Source: an uncultured bacterium
GTDB taxonomy: Bacteria > DYJV01 > JALVYZ01
Assembly: GCA_964593895.1 (NCBI GenBank)
Contig: CAZQKL010000002.1
Span: 1 to 48,290 of the forward strand
Direction: 5' to 3'
DNA length: 48,290 nt
In this document: in pieces, positions 44,927 through 48,290 of the stretch
Numbering within the stretch: the stretch's first letter is position 1
Layout: every line of letters begins with the position of its first letter
Made by a program: the position numbers and the translations under genes
Notes under the pieces: model-generated
The model's input: only the letters and a program-made list of their open reading frames with translations
Told to the model about the DNA's origin: nothing
Database searches by the model: none

Positions 44927-47404
44927 TTTTATAACTCCATCAATAAGTTTGTTAATTATATTTTCGTGATATGGAATAACTCTAATATAAAAACCGTAAG
45001 TTCCACTTTCATTTAAAACAATTTTACCTGAATATACATAAACATCTTTTTCCTTTTTAATAACTTCCATTTTAACAGACTTTCCATCAATAATTTTATC
45101 TTCTTTATCAAGGTTACCGTAAAAAATTTCAACTATAACATCTTTGGCATCAATTTCTCCGAGAAAAACTTTTGCTTTAACATTTATCTCTTCACCAACA
45201 TGAAATTCTGTTTCTTTTTTTGTAATAACTTCAACAATTTTAACCTTATCCCATTTTGGGTAAACTTTCTGTTTCCATTTTGCAAGTTCTTTAATTGGTT
45301 GAAAATTTTTTGATTTTATCTTTTTTAAATTTTCTATTGCTGTATCGTAAAACTTTTCAGTATATTCCCTTACCATTCTATTTGTATTAAAATAGGGAGC
45401 AATTGAGGAAATTGCATTTTTCATAATTTTTACCCATTTTCTTGGAACACCACCTACTCCTCTTTCATAATAAGCTGGAATAATCTCATTTTCTAATAAA
45501 TCGTATAAAATTAAACTTTCTGTTTTATCCTGTGCTTCAAAATTTTCACCATATTCTTCTCCTGAACCTATAGCCCAACCATTTTCTCCATTGTAAGCTT
45601 CATCCCACCAGCCATCAAGAGTGCTTAAATGAATAACTCCATTTATTGATGCTTTCATACCACTTGTTCCACTTGCTTCCAAAGGTCTTCTTGGATTATT
45701 GAGCCATATATCAACTCCCTGAACAAGATATTTTGCAACATTTAAATCGTAATCTTCAATAAAAACAACTTTTTTCTTAAACTCTGGCATTCTTATTATT
45801 TGAATAATTTGCTTAATTATATTTTTCCCAACATTATCTGCCTGATGAGCTTTACCTGAAATAATAATTTGAACTGGAAATTTGGGATTATTTAAAATTT
45901 TATTTAACCTTTCAAGGTCTTTAAAAATCAAAAAAGCCCTTTTATATTCAGCAAATCTTCTTGCAAATCCTATTGTTAATGCATCTGGGTCAAGAATATC
46001 TGATGATTTTACCCTATCTCTTACAAAACTTATTAACCTTTCCTTTAATCTTAAATGAGCTCTCCAGAGTTCATGGTCTGGAATTGAAAAAATTCTTTCC
46101 CAAATTTCCTTATTTTCAGGATGCTCCTTCCAAACAGGTCCAATATATTTGTCAAAAAGCCGTGCAAATTCATCACTTATCCATGAATTTATATGAACAC
46201 CATTTGTAATGCTGTCTATTGGAACTTCATCTTCATTTAAATCTTTCCATAAATTTTTCCACATTCTTCTTGAAACTTTTCCATGAAGCCTGCTTACTCC
46301 ATTTGAAAAAACTGAATTTCTTAAGGCAAATACAGTCATACCAAAACCTTTATCTGTTGGCTCAATTTTACCCATTTTTAAAATCTCATTAAAATCAATA
46401 CCGATTTTATCAATATAAGGTTTAAGATAAGTAAAAATCATATCATCTGGGTAAACTTCATTTCCTGCTGGTATTGGTGTGTGAGTTGTAAATATATTTG
46501 TTGTTTTTACAAGTTCTTTTGCTTCATTAAAATTTAAAGAGAACTTTTCCATTGCAATTCTAAATTTTTCAATTGAAAGAAAAGCAGAATGTCCTTCATT
46601 CATGTGAACAACGCATGGGCAATATCCAAGAGCATCAATTACTCTCATTCCACCAATTCCAAGTAAAATTTCCTGCTTTATTCTAATATCTCTGTTGCCA
46701 TCGTAAAGATAATATGTAATTTTTCTATTTTCAGGAGAATTTTCTTCAAAATTTGTATCAAGTAAATATAAAGGAATTCTGCCAACATCCATTTTCCAAA
46801 CTCTTGATTTTACTATTTCATTTCCAATAGGCACATCTATGATAAAATTTTTAATCAATGTTACAGGAATATTAGTAAAGTCAATTTCATTATATTTTTC
46901 CATCTGCCAACCATCACTTGTAAGATACTGATTAAATCCTCCAAATGTATATAATAGCCCAATGCCAATTAACGGCAAACCAAGTTCACTTGCAGATTTA
47001 ATATGACAACCTGCTAAAACGCCAAGTCCACCTGAATACATTAAAATTGAATCATGAAGCCCATACTCCATTGAAAAATAAGCAATTTTTATTTCAGCAT
47101 CTTCATGTGTTTTAAAGAACCATGTTGAATAATCCTTATACATTAAAAATTTATTGTAAACATCAATCATTAATGAAATAAACACATTGTCTTCACTCAA
47201 TCTCTTCAATTTTTCTTGAGAAATCATCCCAAGCATCTTCACAGGATTATGTTTTGAAGCTTCCCAAAGCTCAATATCAATCATTCTAAAAAGGTCAATT
47301 GCATCATGGTTCCATGTCCACCAGAGATTATAGGCAATTTCATGGAGAGGTTTTAAATTTTCTGGTAATTTTGGAATAACTGTAAATTTAAACATTTTCA
47401 TCAC
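44918..47404 (-). CDS. glgP: Alpha-glucan phosphorylase (GT35, archaeal/thermophile MalP-GlgP type with DUF3417-like N-terminus)
   Basis: N-terminus PENLKPLHEIAYNLWWTWNHDAIDLF, PLP-Lys motif EASGTSGMKA. The maximal ORF starts at GTG 47404. ATG 47401 or ATG 47395 (preceded by AAGGTGA) are equally or more plausible starts. Confidence 0.88.
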   Translation of the reverse strand: MMKMFKFTVIPKLPENLKPLHEIAYNLWWTWNHDAIDLFRMIDIELWEASKHNPVKMLGMISQEKLKRLSEDNVFISLMIDVYNKFLMYKDYSTWFFKTHEDAEIKIAYFSMEYGLHDSILMYSGGLGVLAGCHIKSASELGLPLIGIGLLYTFGGFNQYLTSDGWQMEKYNEIDFTNIPVTLIKNFIIDVPIGNEIVKSRVWKMDVGRIPLYLLDTNFEENSPENRKITYYLYDGNRDIRIKQEILLGIGGMRVIDALGYCPCVVHMNEGHSAFLSIEKFRIAMEKFSLNFNEAKELVKTTNIFTTHTPIPAGNEVYPDDMIFTYLKPYIDKIGIDFNEILKMGKIEPTDKGFGMTVFALRNSVFSNGVSRLHGKVSRRMWKNLWKDLNEDEVPIDSITNGVHINSWISDEFARLFDKYIGPVWKEHPENKEIWERIFSIPDHELWRAHLRLKERLISFVRDRVKSSDILDPDALTIGFARRFAEYKRAFLIFKDLERLNKILNNPKFPVQIIISGKAHQADNVGKNIIKQIIQIIRMPEFKKKVVFIEDYDLNVAKYLVQGVDIWLNNPRRPLEASGTSGMKASINGVIHLSTLDGWWDEAYNGENGWAIGSGEEYGENFEAQDKTESLILYDLLENEIIPAYYERGVGGVPRKWVKIMKNAISSIAPYFNTNRMVREYTEKFYDTAIENLKKIKSKNFQPIKELAKWKQKVYPKWDKVKIVEVITKKETEFHVGEEINVKAKVFLGEIDAKDVIVEIFYGNLDKEDKIIDGKSVKMEVIKKEKDVYVYSGKIVLNESGTYGFYIRVIPYHENIINKLIDGVIKLS

Positions 47405-48290
47405 CTTTAAATGGAGGTTTTAATATTCCTTTTTCAGTAATTATTGCGGTTATTAATTCTGCATCTGTTACATCAAAAGCTGGATTAAATGTATTTACTC
47501 CATCTGGAGCAATATCTTTTGTAAACATTTCTGTTATTTCTCTTCCATCTCTTTCTTCAATTGGAATTTTATCTCCATTTTCTATTGAAAAATCAAAAGT
47601 AGAAAAAGGTGCTGCCACATAAAAAGGGATATTATGTTTTTTAGCTAAAACAGCCAGAGTATAAGTTCCAATTTTATTTGCAGTATCTCCATTTCTTGCA
47701 ATTCTATCTGCTCCAACAATTACAAGGTCAATTTTACCCATTTTCATGAGAAATCCAGCCATGTTATCACAAATTAAGGTGCAAGGAATTTTTTCCTTCA
47801 TTAACTCCCATGCGGTAAGACGAGCTCCCTGCAAAAAAGGTCTTGTTTCATCAACGTAAACATGAATATTTTTTCCTGAATAGAAAGCACTTCTTATGAC
47901 ACCTAATGCTGTGCCATAACCTGCTGTAGCAAGTGCACCAGCGTTGCAATGAGTGAGAATATTTGAATTATCTTTTATTAAAATTTTACCATTTTCTCCA
48001 ATTTTTTTATTTACATCAATATCTTCCTTAAAAATTTTGTCAGCTTCTAAAAAAAATTCTTCTTTAATTTTTGAAAATTCATAATCCTTTACTTTTTCAA
48101 AAACCTTTTTCATCCTATCAATTGCCCAGAAAAGATTTACAGCAGTTGGCCTTGAATTAGAAAATTCTTCACAAACTTTATAAAAGTTCTCTTTAAATTT
48201 AACATAATCCTTTTCCTCATTTACATACATTGCAATTCCATAACCTGCTGAAACTCCAATTGCTGGAGCACCTCTAACAACCATGTTTTT
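47388..48290 (-). CDS. mtnA: S-methyl-5-thioribose-1-phosphate isomerase / eIF-2B-family protein, N-terminus outside the window
   Basis: VVRGAPAIGV, CNAGALAT, GADRIARNGDTANKIGTY and AFDVT motifs of the MtnA/eIF2B family. The ORF is open to the window edge. Confidence 0.85.
   Translation of the reverse strand, partial: KNMVVRGAPAIGVSAGYGIAMYVNEEKDYVKFKENFYKVCEEFSNSRPTAVNLFWAIDRMKKVFEKVKDYEFSKIKEEFFLEADKIFKEDIDVNKKIGENGKILIKDNSNILTHCNAGALATAGYGTALGVIRSAFYSGKNIHVYVDETRPFLQGARLTAWELMKEKIPCTLICDNMAGFLMKMGKIDLVIVGADRIARNGDTANKIGTYTLAVLAKKHNIPFYVAAPFSTFDFSIENGDKIPIEERDGREITEMFTKDIAPDGVNTFNPAFDVTDAELITAIITEKGILKPPFKGDENV

Noticed and set aside
1-48290. CRISPR arrays, insertion sequences, prophage remnants, toxin-antitoxin pairs and restriction-modification genes.
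   Set aside because: Non-coding space is too small (the largest gap is 117 nt) and contains no direct-repeat arrays. No ORF shows transposase, integrase, Cas, methyltransferase or toxin motifs.

Overview
This is an AT-rich, very gene-dense chromosomal segment; only about seven non-coding gaps exceed 20 nt. It reads as core housekeeping DNA of a thermophilic, LPS-making, chemotactic bacterium. Reverse gyrase, lpxH/kdsB, cheA/MCP and futalosine-pathway mqn genes support that reading.

The genes fall into seven blocks on alternating strands:
1. 1-9031 (-): ORF111, cobB, surE, tRNA-Val, thrS, infC, rpmI, rplT, pheS, pheT, ihfA, merR-like, tRNA-Pro.
2. 9146-17772 (+): Liv-type ABC transporter (5 genes), bioD, tRNA-Arg, tRNA-Leu, archaeal-type ATPase, htpX, NDP-sugar dehydrogenase.
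3. 17753-26229 (-): MoxR ATPase, VWA protein, membrane protein, mqnE, mqnC, PAS/GGDEF/EAL protein, GPAT-like acyltransferase.
4. 26347-34566 (+): cheA, lpxH-like, HD protein, reverse gyrase, holA-like, kdsB.
5. 34531-37624 (-): MCP, M16 peptidase.
6. 37710-44926 (+): lysA, dapF, GAF/PP2C phosphatase, dapA, dapB, FAH-family, CgeB-like.
7. 44918-48290 (-): mtnA (partial), alpha-glucan phosphorylase.

I see no CRISPR array, transposase, integrase, phage genes, toxin-antitoxin pair or recognisable defence system, and I cannot honestly point to a clearly novel system.

The best candidates for a second look are:
- the MoxR-VWA-membrane protein triad, translationally coupled to the two radical-SAM menaquinone genes;
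- an orphan archaeal-type ATPase directly after a tRNA pair;
- a CCA-enzyme-like HD protein with a degenerate nucleotidyltransferase head, next to a compact reverse gyrase;
- a GAF-PP2C phosphatase embedded in the lysine operon.

Several regulatory features are readable directly from the sequence. All three divergent junctions carry back-to-back -35 hexamers. Three operon-leading genes look leaderless. infC starts at AUA. tRNAs are embedded in or overlap mRNAs. All three convergent junctions overlap and have no visible terminator.

All functional calls rest on motif and family recognition by eye; no searches were run.
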